From positions 6,136-38,135 of the forward strand of contig APJZ01000004.1 in NCBI GenBank assembly GCA_000387965.1: a stretch of DNA of 32,000 nucleotides. Reading direction: 5' to 3'. The stretch is from Candidatus Nanobsidianus stetteri (lineage in GTDB: Archaea; Nanobdellota; Nanobdellia; Nanobdellales; Nanobdellaceae). Position numbers and translations under genes: made by a program. Shown in pieces: positions 8,222 through 16,533 of the stretch. The notes beneath the pieces are model-generated. The model saw only the letters and a program-made list of their open reading frames with translations. It was not told the DNA's origin and made no database searches. Numbering within the stretch: the stretch's first letter is position 1; every line of letters begins with the position of its first letter.

Positions 8222-9865
8222 TTATAGATTTTTTATATAGTTTAATATTTCTTTAATTGAAAAAGGCTCTCCAGAATGTTTTAATAATCTATTTTCAATT
8301 TCAATTCCCAATTCTTGTCTTATTAATTTTGATAATTGTCCAGTTAAATTATGCTCGATTGATACTATTTCTTTTGATTCTTCTAATAAATATTTGATTT
8401 CTTTTGGAAATGGAGATAGATAAGATATATGCAAATATTTCCAACCTTTTAAATATTTTAACGATTCTAATATTGGCATCTTATTTGAACCCCAAGAGAC
8501 AATTAACTTATTTCCTTCCCCATATATTTGATATGGTTCGAATTCTTTTATTTCCTTTTCAATTGATTCTAATTTTTTCATTCTCTTTTCACTCATTTTT
8601 TGTCCAATTTCATGATTTTCTGTTTCTATACCAAATTCATCATGTTCATATGATGATGCTTTTACAATCGCATCAAAACCAGGTATCGCCCTTAATTGAT
8701 AACCCTGATCATTTATTTTATAATTTTGATAATTCTTTGGAGGTTCTAAATCTATATATCTTGATATTTCTATATTTGGTACATATATATAATCAAAATT
8801 CATTTTTGATTCTCCTAAAAATAGATCTGACAATAATATTACTGGATTATTAAATTTATATGCGATATGGAATGCTTCAATTGTCTTTTCAAAAGCTTCT
8901 GCAGGATCTCCAGGTGCAATAACAATTCTAGGAAATTCCCCATGGCCAATATTTAATGCTTCTAATAGATCTGATTGATCTGTATGTGTTGCCATACCTG
9001 TTGAAGGTCCATATCTCTGAGCCCAGTAAATTACTAAAGGAATTTCTGACATACCTGATAAACTAATTGCCTCTGCCATTAAATCTATACCACCTCCAGA
9101 AGATCCAACCATTACTTTTGCACCCGCATAAGATGCTCCTAAAGCAATATTAATTGCACCAATTTCACTATCAGGTTGATATGTTACAATATTATATTTA
9201 TCCCTTAAAGATGCTAAAATATGTAAAACTGGAGAAGCGGGAGTCATTGGATATGCAATATATATATCTAAACCGGCAGCAATTGCTCCCAATGCAACTC
9301 CTTCGGAACCAGATAAATAAAATTGTTTCTTATATATTCTTTTTTCTATATTTTCTTTACTATTAATATTTAAATCATTATAAATTATATCAATTAATTT
9401 TAATTCTTCAGGATCATTTATTCTTTTTTCAAATACATCCTTAACTATTTCTTTATCTATATTTAAATATTTAAAAAATGCTAATAAGATAATTGTATTC
9501 CCATATTTTTTATCAACATTATATTTTTTATAATAATAATCTAAATCTACATCAATTTTTTTATTATATACAACATTTTTTGGTCCAATTATTAATCCAT
9601 TTTCCTTTAATTTTTTACTATGTAAATTTACGGTATTTTGATCAAATGCAATTATATAATCAAAATCTTCAAAATATGGGGCATATATTTTTTCTTTAGA
9701 TATACTAATAATATTATAATTATGTCCTCCCCTAATTAAACTCATATACCATCTATAATTAAATACATTGTATCCCAATTTAATGAATACCCTTGATATT
9801 ATATCTGCAGTAAAATCAATTCCCTGACCAGCCTGACCACCTATTAAAATATTTAGATCTACCAT
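8222..9865 (-). CDS. 2-oxoacid:ferredoxin oxidoreductase, fused gamma-alpha (alpha) subunit
   Basis: The N-terminal gamma-type domain (ILIGGQAGQGIDFTADIISRVFIKLGYNVF...IRGGHN) is fused to an alpha-type domain (SGSEGVALGAIAAGLDIYIAYPMTPASPVLHILA...GSSGGGIDLMAEAISLSGMSEIPLVIYWAQR.GPSTG). This is the two-subunit Sulfolobus-type architecture. Confidence 0.85.
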   Translation of the reverse strand: MVDLNILIGGQAGQGIDFTADIISRVFIKLGYNVFNYRWYMSLIRGGHNYNIISISKEKIYAPYFEDFDYIIAFDQNTVNLHSKKLKENGLIIGPKNVVYNKKIDVDLDYYYKKYNVDKKYGNTIILLAFFKYLNIDKEIVKDVFEKRINDPEELKLIDIIYNDLNINSKENIEKRIYKKQFYLSGSEGVALGAIAAGLDIYIAYPMTPASPVLHILASLRDKYNIVTYQPDSEIGAINIALGASYAGAKVMVGSSGGGIDLMAEAISLSGMSEIPLVIYWAQRYGPSTGMATHTDQSDLLEALNIGHGEFPRIVIAPGDPAEAFEKTIEAFHIAYKFNNPVILLSDLFLGESKMNFDYIYVPNIEISRYIDLEPPKNYQNYKINDQGYQLRAIPGFDAIVKASSYEHDEFGIETENHEIGQKMSEKRMKKLESIEKEIKEFEPYQIYGEGNKLIVSWGSNKMPILESLKYLKGWKYLHISYLSPFPKEIKYLLEESKEIVSIEHNLTGQLSKLIRQELGIEIENRLLKHSGEPFSIKEILNYIKNL

Positions 9866-9925
9866 TATTTTTTAATAAACTATAGCATATTTAAGATAAT
9901 ATTTTACCAAATTAGTAGTAAATTA

Positions 9926-11230
9926 TCAATATAATGTTTTTTCTAATAAATTTTCTTCCTTTATTTCTATTAATTCACCCCTTAAATCAATTGGTGTAGC
10001 ATTATTAATTTTTACTTTTATTGTTTTTCCCAAAATATTTTTATCAGATTTTACTATAATTTGCTTGTATGCATAGTTTCTAGCAATCCATGTATTTTCA
10101 TATTTTCCTTTTGATTCTACAATTGCATATCCCTCCCAATTTATCCATTGTTTATTTCTTTCATATGAATATTTATTAAATATAATTTTTAATTTTCTAG
10201 ATCTTTCTTTTACAATATGACCTGGTAATTGTTTATATAATTTAGATGATAATGTTTTTGGTCTTGACCAATATTTTGATATATTTATTATATCAAATTT
10301 TATATTTTCAACTAATTCTAATGTTTTTCTAAAATCTTCTTCAGTTTCTGTAGGATATCCAACAATTATATCTGTTGCAATTGCTCCTTCATAATATTTT
10401 TTCCTTATTTTTTCAACCAATTCATAGAAATCTTCAATACTATATCCCCTACCCATAGTTTTTAATACATTATTCGATCCCGATTGAACTGGTATATGAA
10501 AGAATTTAAATATATTTTCATTATCATAAGATTCCAATAATTTATCAATAAATTTATTTAAAATTCCTGGATTCGCCATTCCAACCCTTACATAATATTC
10601 TCCCTTAATATCTTTTAATCCAAATAATAAATCTGCTAAATCAATATTTAAATCATAACCATACGTTGCCAGATCTGTTCCTGTAAAATATATAATTTTT
10701 AATCCTTTTAATTTTGCATCTCTTACTTCTTTATAAATATATTCTGGGGGATATGATTTTGCATTACCTCTTGCCAATTTTGTAGCACAATATAAACAAT
10801 TCCATAAACATCCTTCCTGTAATATTATTGTTTTTATTGGATATTGATCTACAGAAGGTAATAGCAATTTATTTATATTTTTTCTATCAATTAGTACATC
10901 TATTTTTCCATTTAAATAATCTTCTAAAACTTTATCTACTTCGTCTATATGATCTAAACCAATCAATGGATATCCTTTAAATAGTTCGGGTTGATGTTGT
11001 ACTAAACAACCTGCCAAAATTAATTTTTTATCTTTATATTTATTTATTAATTTTATTGCTTTTGATTCCGTCGGTCCTTTAACAGTACAGGTATTTATTA
11101 TTAATATTTCACTTTCATCAGGATTTTCTGTATATTGATATCCTTTTTTAATTAGTATATTTTTCATTATATCTCCCTCAGCTTTATTCAATGTACATCC
11201 CAGAGTAATTATACTAAATTTCATAATCAA
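9926..11230 (-). CDS. radical-SAM methylthiotransferase, MiaB/MtaB (CDKAL1-like) family
   Basis: UPF0004 N-terminal domain (ITLGCTLNKAEGDIM...NTCTV...AGC), radical-SAM CLWNCLYC (Cx3Cx2C) motif, and a C-terminal TRAM-like domain. The true start may be the third codon (MKFSIITLGC). Confidence 0.9.
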   Translation of the reverse strand: MIMKFSIITLGCTLNKAEGDIMKNILIKKGYQYTENPDESEILIINTCTVKGPTESKAIKLINKYKDKKLILAGCLVQHQPELFKGYPLIGLDHIDEVDKVLEDYLNGKIDVLIDRKNINKLLLPSVDQYPIKTIILQEGCLWNCLYCATKLARGNAKSYPPEYIYKEVRDAKLKGLKIIYFTGTDLATYGYDLNIDLADLLFGLKDIKGEYYVRVGMANPGILNKFIDKLLESYDNENIFKFFHIPVQSGSNNVLKTMGRGYSIEDFYELVEKIRKKYYEGAIATDIIVGYPTETEEDFRKTLELVENIKFDIINISKYWSRPKTLSSKLYKQLPGHIVKERSRKLKIIFNKYSYERNKQWINWEGYAIVESKGKYENTWIARNYAYKQIIVKSDKNILGKTIKVKINNATPIDLRGELIEIKEENLLEKTLY

Positions 11231-11246
11231 ATTTTTTCAAAAATTT

Positions 11247-11894
11247 TTATATATATTCATCCAGCCTTTTATTTTTATATTTATTTAAATATTCTCTATA
11301 TTTTTCTTCATTATATTTTACTTCAATAATATCTAATCTTTTAATTGGTTTTAATTTATCACAATATTTAACCACAATATAATAAAATATATATTTTGAT
11401 GATACATTTAGGAAATGTGGTATAACTAAATATAAACCATTATCAGGTATTTCTTTATTTTTAACTACTAACCAAAATAGATCCTCTAATATTCTTATAT
11501 TTATTCTTAAATTATTTAATTTCTTAATTTCTTCATTATCTATATCTGAAAAATCTATAAAACTCTTTATTTTTTCTCTACCAATTTTTTCCAATTGTTC
11601 TGCTTTTTCTTCAATATATACTGCATATTTTAAATATTTTTCATTTTCTTCTGGCTTAGCTATCAATAAATATATATTAATTAAAAATAGTCTGATTATT
11701 TCAAAAATTTCATCATCTATTTTTGGAAATTCATTTAATGTTTTCTCTATATATTCATAAAATATAAACAATTCAACTTTTTCTCCTTTTTTTATATAAT
11801 CTTTTTCATTTATACAATATGTGTAAAAATGTTTCTTTTCAAGATCATTTTTTGGATTCATAAAATATATACATTTTTCAGAATTATTAAACAT
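11247..11894 (-). CDS. hypothetical protein
   Basis: 215-aa ORF with no recognisable motif. The start is uncertain: the ATG at 11892-11894 abuts the divergent ATG at 11895, and the internal Met12 (11859-11861) has a better-placed TATA-like box (11884-11891). Confidence 0.55.
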   Translation of the reverse strand: MFNNSEKCIYFMNPKNDLEKKHFYTYCINEKDYIKKGEKVELFIFYEYIEKTLNEFPKIDDEIFEIIRLFLINIYLLIAKPEENEKYLKYAVYIEEKAEQLEKIGREKIKSFIDFSDIDNEEIKKLNNLRINIRILEDLFWLVVKNKEIPDNGLYLVIPHFLNVSSKYIFYYIVVKYCDKLKPIKRLDIIEVKYNEEKYREYLNKYKNKRLDEYI

Positions 11895-12212
11895 ATGTCG
11901 GAAGAAATAAAATTGTTAGCAAAAATGCTAAAAGATGATCCAGATTACTTTAAAGTTCTAAATCACTTGAAGATAGCAAATTTGGATTATGCAAAAAATA
12001 TATCAAAATATACAAAAATTGATATTAATAAAGTAAATAAGATATTAGAAGAATTAAAGGAAATTGGATTGGTTGAAGAAGTACATAGTAGAACAGTTAA
12101 GAGATCAAAAGCAAGGTTAAAAAAGCAATTTGAGGTTAGAATGCATCATACATATTATAAATTAACATTATTGGGAAAACAAGTATATAAATATTTAAGA
12201 GATAATAACTAA
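11895..12212 (+). CDS. small winged-helix DNA-binding protein (DUF2250-like)
   Basis: I start at the ATG at 11895 (MSEEIKLLAKMLKDDPDYFKVLNHL...), not the track start at 11829, which overlaps the divergent gene. The wHTH-like core is LDYAKNISKYTKIDINKVNKILEELKEIGLVEE, followed by KRSKARLKK....HHTYYKLT, as I recall for archaeal DUF2250 proteins. Confidence 0.6.
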   Translation: MSEEIKLLAKMLKDDPDYFKVLNHLKIANLDYAKNISKYTKIDINKVNKILEELKEIGLVEEVHSRTVKRSKARLKKQFEVRMHHTYYKLTLLGKQVYKYLRDNN

Positions 12213-12213
12213 T

Positions 12214-12831
12214 ATGCCCATACTATGTTTAATAAGACATGGTGAATCATTATGGAATAAAGAAAATAGATTTACTGGATGGGTAGATGTACCATTAACA
12301 GATGAAGGAAGAGAACAGGCAAAAAAGGCTGGGGAAATATTAAAAAGTTTAGATATAAAATTTGATATTGCATATACAAGCTTATTATCAAGAGCAATTG
12401 AAACATTGGAAATTATTATAAGAACATTAGGGTATAATATTCCAGTGATAAAGGATATTAGTTTAAATGAAAGACATTATGGAGACCTACAGGGATTAAA
12501 TAAGGATAAAGTTTCAGAAATATATGGAAAAGAACAGGTAAAATTATGGAGGAGAAGTTTAAAAGTAAGACCTCCAAATGGAGAAAGTTTAGAAGATACA
12601 CAAAAAAGAACTATACCTTTTTTTGAAAGGGCAATAAAGGGAGATTTAGAATTAAATAAAAATGTTTTAGTTGTTGCTCATGGAAATAGTTTAAGGTCAA
12701 TTGTTTCATATATTGAAAATTTAAATGAAGAACAAATATTAAATTTAGAAATTGAACCTGCAGTACCTATTTTATATGATTATGATATATATAATAAGAA
12801 GTTTTATAATAAGAGAATATTAAAAATTTAA
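12214..12831 (+). CDS. gpmA: 2,3-bisphosphoglycerate-dependent phosphoglycerate mutase (short form)
   Basis: LIRHGESLWNKENRFTGWVDVPLTDEGREQA and VVAHGNSLRS are the dPGM catalytic-His signatures; ERHYGDLQGLNK and VKLWRRS are also present. It is shorter than bacterial GpmA because it lacks the mid-protein insertion and the C-terminal tail. Confidence 0.85.
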   Translation: MPILCLIRHGESLWNKENRFTGWVDVPLTDEGREQAKKAGEILKSLDIKFDIAYTSLLSRAIETLEIIIRTLGYNIPVIKDISLNERHYGDLQGLNKDKVSEIYGKEQVKLWRRSLKVRPPNGESLEDTQKRTIPFFERAIKGDLELNKNVLVVAHGNSLRSIVSYIENLNEEQILNLEIEPAVPILYDYDIYNKKFYNKRILKI

Positions 12832-12834
12832 TAT

Positions 12835-12909
12835 GCCGCGGTGCCCGAGTGGCCTAAGGGGGAGGGCTGCAGACCCTCTTCATCAGGGGTTCGAATCCCC
12901 TCCGCGGCT
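12835..12909 (+). tRNA. tRNA-Cys (anticodon GCA)
   Basis: Hand-folded cloverleaf. Acceptor GCCGCGG/CCGCGGC. D arm CCCG-AGTGGCCTA-AGGG. Anticodon stem GAGGG/CCCTC with loop CTGCAGA. T arm AGGGG-TTCGAAT-CCCCT. The discriminator is U, as expected for tRNA-Cys. No CCA is encoded. The variable region comes out as 6 nt in my fold. Confidence 0.8.
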
Positions 12910-14494
12910 ATTTTGTTATAAAATCTTTTCCAACATATTGCCTTAATATTCCAGGTATTAATATTCTATTATTTTTATAATCATAGTTATTTTCTATTAT
13001 ACATGTTAATGTTCTTTGTATTGCAGATAACGTACAATTTAATGTATGTACATAATCTAAACTATTATCTTTTCTTCTATATCTAATATTTGATCTTCTT
13101 GATTGCCAATCTGTTACATTTGATCCAGATATTAATTCTCTATATTTATTTTGTCCTGGAAACCATCCTTCAATATCATATTGTTTATAATTTCTCTTTC
13201 CCATATCCATTGATGCAATTATAACGGTTCTATATGGTATATTCAATTTTTCTAAAAATTCTTCTGCATTTCTTATTAATTCTCTATGATACTTTTCAGA
13301 ATCTTCTGGTTTACAAAATATATACTGTTCAATTTTATGGAATTGATGTAACCTAAATAATCCTTTTGTATCTTTACCATGTGCACCTGCCTCTTTTCTA
13401 AAACATGGACTCCATCCAACAATTTTAATTGGTAATTGCTCTTCCTCAATAATTCTATTATAATATAATGCAGTTATTGGATGTTCAGCAGTTCCTATCA
13501 AATATAGATCTTCTCCATCAATTTTATACATCATATCTGCAAAATCGTCCAATGTTATTATTCCTTCTAATATATCTCTTTTTAACATATACGGTGGTAT
13601 TGTAAATCTATAACCTTTATTTATCATGTATTTTACACCTTCTATACTTAATGATAAATCCAATAAAGATAATATACTAAATTCAAAGTAAAATCTAGAA
13701 CCTGAAACTTCTCCGGCAACATCTGTATCTGCTAAATTAAATTCTTTTAATATATCATATTGATGCTTTAATTCATGATTTACCTTTTTATATACTACTA
13801 TTTTATCATTATTTAGTTTACCAAAATCTAATACATCATTGAAATTTATTTCTTTAAAATCTTCTTCATCATTTAAAATTTTATTTAATTCTTCAAGTAG
13901 TTCTCTATTTTTTATATATTTTTCATATTCCTTATTATTTAATATTTCATTTAATTCAACAATTTTCCATCCAAACTTTTCAGTCTGTTCTTTAAATAAA
14001 TTTATATCATATACCCTAGGAATCCCCCAGAATTTTATTGGTGCGTTTTTACTTTCATCTCCGACAGGAACATCATTTGATAATAAATTTGGAAAATTCC
14101 ATAATAGATCTATTAAATTATTCTCAACATTATTAAATTCTTCCTCTTTTTTCTTTATTTCTTCATCTAAATCTTTTATATCTTCCCTTAATTTATTTAA
14201 TAATTCCTCTGAAACATTTCCTTCATGTATATCATATCCAACTTCTATTGCTGTTTTAATTAAGGTATTTCTATCTATTTTCCCATTTATATATTGAACA
14301 ACAGATCCATAAAACTTTGATAATAGATTTTTCTTATATCTTAATTTATCTAATTCTTTTTGTAACTCTCTTCTTTTATTATCTAACTCAATTGCTCTAT
14401 CTACAATATTTTCATCTAAACCTCTTTTTCTAAATGTTTCTTTATATAATTCTATATTGTTCCTTAAAAAATCTATATCAACTGGAAGCCCCAT
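12908..14494 (-). CDS. serS: seryl-tRNA synthetase (bacterial-type core with large insertions)
   Basis: N-terminal coiled-coil arm (LRNNIELYKETFRKRG...LDNKRRELQKELDKLRYKKNLLSK). Class II motifs SGSRFYF, LIGTAEHP, SPCFRKEAGAHGKDTKGLFRLHQFHKIE, NVTDWQSRRSNIRYR and HTLNCTLSAIQRTLTCIIENN. Confidence 0.9.
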   Translation of the reverse strand: MGLPVDIDFLRNNIELYKETFRKRGLDENIVDRAIELDNKRRELQKELDKLRYKKNLLSKFYGSVVQYINGKIDRNTLIKTAIEVGYDIHEGNVSEELLNKLREDIKDLDEEIKKKEEEFNNVENNLIDLLWNFPNLLSNDVPVGDESKNAPIKFWGIPRVYDINLFKEQTEKFGWKIVELNEILNNKEYEKYIKNRELLEELNKILNDEEDFKEINFNDVLDFGKLNNDKIVVYKKVNHELKHQYDILKEFNLADTDVAGEVSGSRFYFEFSILSLLDLSLSIEGVKYMINKGYRFTIPPYMLKRDILEGIITLDDFADMMYKIDGEDLYLIGTAEHPITALYYNRIIEEEQLPIKIVGWSPCFRKEAGAHGKDTKGLFRLHQFHKIEQYIFCKPEDSEKYHRELIRNAEEFLEKLNIPYRTVIIASMDMGKRNYKQYDIEGWFPGQNKYRELISGSNVTDWQSRRSNIRYRRKDNSLDYVHTLNCTLSAIQRTLTCIIENNYDYKNNRILIPGILRQYVGKDFITK

Positions 14495-14614
14495 CTGACC
14501 GATATACCATTATAAATTAATAAATTTTTATCCTTTTAAATATTTAAGATTAAAAATTTTATGCTAATAATATACGTTTATGGCTAATATGATAATATCA
14601 AATAATATAGAACA

Positions 14615-14875
14615 ATGAAGAATAAAAAGTATGAATATGTACCTTGTTATTATTGTGGAAGAATGGTGAGATTGGATAAGGCAATTAAACTAACAATTTC
14701 GCCAAAACTAAAACCAGATGTTTCTGGAGAACAGAGTCCTACATTAATTCTATCAAGTCCGATAAAAATATATATTTGCCCTGCATGTGCAAGGTATAGG
14801 GGAATTTCTAAGAAAGATATAAAAAATAAAAATAAAGAACAAGAAATTTTGAAGAAATTGGGAATTGAAGTGTAA
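14615..14875 (+). CDS. rps26e: ribosomal protein eS26
   Basis: VPCYYCGRMVRLDKAIK ... IYICPACA reproduces the eS26 zinc-ribbon pattern (C..CGR.V..DKAI ... Y.C..CA). The stop shares a base with the pheT start (TAATG). Confidence 0.65.
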   Translation: MKNKKYEYVPCYYCGRMVRLDKAIKLTISPKLKPDVSGEQSPTLILSSPIKIYICPACARYRGISKKDIKNKNKEQEILKKLGIEV

Positions 14876-16533
14876 TGGTTATTTTAGATGTATCTTTAAA
14901 TGAATTATATAAACTATTAAATAAAAATTTATCTGAAGAAGAATTAAATGAATATTTGTTAAATATAAAATGCGAATTGGATGAAATTGAAGGAAATAAT
15001 GCGAAAATTGAAGTAAAAGATTTTAATAGAATTGATCTATATAGTTTATCTGGAATTGCTAGAGAATTAAAGGGAATATTAAATATTGAAACTGGTATCC
15101 CAAAATTTGAAATAAGAGATTCTAATTATGATTTAATTGTTGATAAAGAAATATTGAATGTAAGACCATATATTGTTGGTGCAATTGTTAAAGATGTAAA
15201 ATTAAATGAAGATAGATTAAAAGATTTAATACAATTACAAGAAAAAATATCACAATCTTTTGGAAGAAATAGGCAAAAAGTTGCAATTGGTACACATAAT
15301 TTTGATCTGATTAAATTTCCTGTTTATTATAAATTAACAGATCCTGAAACAAGATTTATTCCTTTGGGATTTAATAGAGAATTATCTTTAAGAGAAATTT
15401 TAGAAAATACAGAAGCTGGTAAAAAATATTCATATATTTTAAATAAATATAATAAGTATCCAATATTAATTGATTCGAATAATAATATTATTTCATTTCC
15501 ACCAATAATAAATTCAAATAAAATTGGAAGGCTAGATATTAATACAAGGAATATTTTCATAGATGTTTCTGGTACAGATTTAGAAAAAATACTATTAGCA
15601 TTAAATGTAATTGTATTAGCATTAAAAGATTTCGGAGGGGAAATATATTCAATTAATGTAATATATCCGGATAAAAAAATTAAAACGCCAGAATTAAAGG
15701 TTATTAAAAAGGAAATGGATTTAAATAAAATTAAAAAATATTTGGGAATAGAATTAGATAGTAATAAAATTATTGAATATTTAAATAAAAAAAGAATGAA
15801 TGCAAAAATTGAAAATAATAAATTAATCATCGAATATTTAAATTATAGGGATGATATATTATCTGAATATGATATAATTGAAGAAATATTGATTTCTTAT
15901 GGATATAATAATTTAAAACCGAGGGAAATTAAAGTATATACAAAGGGAGAATTAAGTAGAGAAAGAAAGATTATGAATAATATAAGAAAGATAATGGTTA
16001 ATATGGGATGTATAGAAATATACACTCCAATATTATCTAATAAGGATATAAATAGTTTATTAAATGAAGATAGAGAAATTATTGAATTAATAAATCCAGT
16101 ATCCTCATCTTATAATTCAATTAGAGGATATTTATTATCATCTTTCTTACAATTATTATCTGAAAATAATGAATTAAAGTTCCCTGCGAAAATATTTGAA
16201 CTAAATAGAGTTTCATATATTAAAGATAATAAAATCATTGAAGATCTAAATTTATTATATATTTATTCTGATTATGAAGTTTCTGTGAATAATTCGTTAA
16301 AAGTATTAAAAAGATTATTTAAAGAATTAAAAATTGATTTTGATATAAGAAATTCAAATCATAAATTTTTAATAGATGGAAGACAAGGAGATATATTCGT
16401 AAATAATGAAAATATTGGATGGATTGGGGAAATTGATCCAAATATATTAGAAAAATTGAGTATAAAATATCCATTAACTGGTTTTGAAATAGGTATAAAA
16501 AAATTGATGAAATATATTAAATATGATATCTGA
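14875..16533 (+). CDS. pheT: phenylalanyl-tRNA synthetase beta subunit (archaeal type)
   Basis: ~550 aa, with B3/4-like and B5-like regions (RPYIVGAIVKDV, QEKISQSFGRNRQKVAIGTHNFD, ISFPPIINS). It lies immediately upstream of pheS and overlaps it. Confidence 0.9.
   Translation: MVILDVSLNELYKLLNKNLSEEELNEYLLNIKCELDEIEGNNAKIEVKDFNRIDLYSLSGIARELKGILNIETGIPKFEIRDSNYDLIVDKEILNVRPYIVGAIVKDVKLNEDRLKDLIQLQEKISQSFGRNRQKVAIGTHNFDLIKFPVYYKLTDPETRFIPLGFNRELSLREILENTEAGKKYSYILNKYNKYPILIDSNNNIISFPPIINSNKIGRLDINTRNIFIDVSGTDLEKILLALNVIVLALKDFGGEIYSINVIYPDKKIKTPELKVIKKEMDLNKIKKYLGIELDSNKIIEYLNKKRMNAKIENNKLIIEYLNYRDDILSEYDIIEEILISYGYNNLKPREIKVYTKGELSRERKIMNNIRKIMVNMGCIEIYTPILSNKDINSLLNEDREIIELINPVSSSYNSIRGYLLSSFLQLLSENNELKFPAKIFELNRVSYIKDNKIIEDLNLLYIYSDYEVSVNNSLKVLKRLFKELKIDFDIRNSNHKFLIDGRQGDIFVNNENIGWIGEIDPNILEKLSIKYPLTGFEIGIKKLMKYIKYDI

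Noticed and set aside
8637-8710. C-box-like AUGAUGA/GUGAUGA strings inside coding regions. Examples: 8650-8656 (+), near 11711, 13868, 21580, 23766, 26971, 27309, 28172, 30310, 30447 and 30790.
   Set aside because: In every case the 4 nt following a 12-nt spacer are not CUGA and no second box pair is present. They simply encode Asp/Glu/His-rich peptide segments such as DDE or DHH.
8404-9699. Track ORFs 8404-8853, 9154-9366 and 9493-9699 on the + strand.
   Set aside because: They lie antisense inside the well-supported oxidoreductase gene. Their translations are low-complexity Ile/Leu/Phe/Tyr/Asn/Gln strings with no motifs. In DNA this AT-rich, long stop-free antisense frames are expected by chance.
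12835-12909. Possibility that the tRNA at 12835 is a class II (Ser/Leu) tRNA, because of its GAGTGGCCTAAGG-type D loop.
   Set aside because: The region between the anticodon and T stems is only ~6 nt with no extra arm. The anticodon loop reads CU-GCA-GA and the discriminator is U, all fitting tRNA-Cys.
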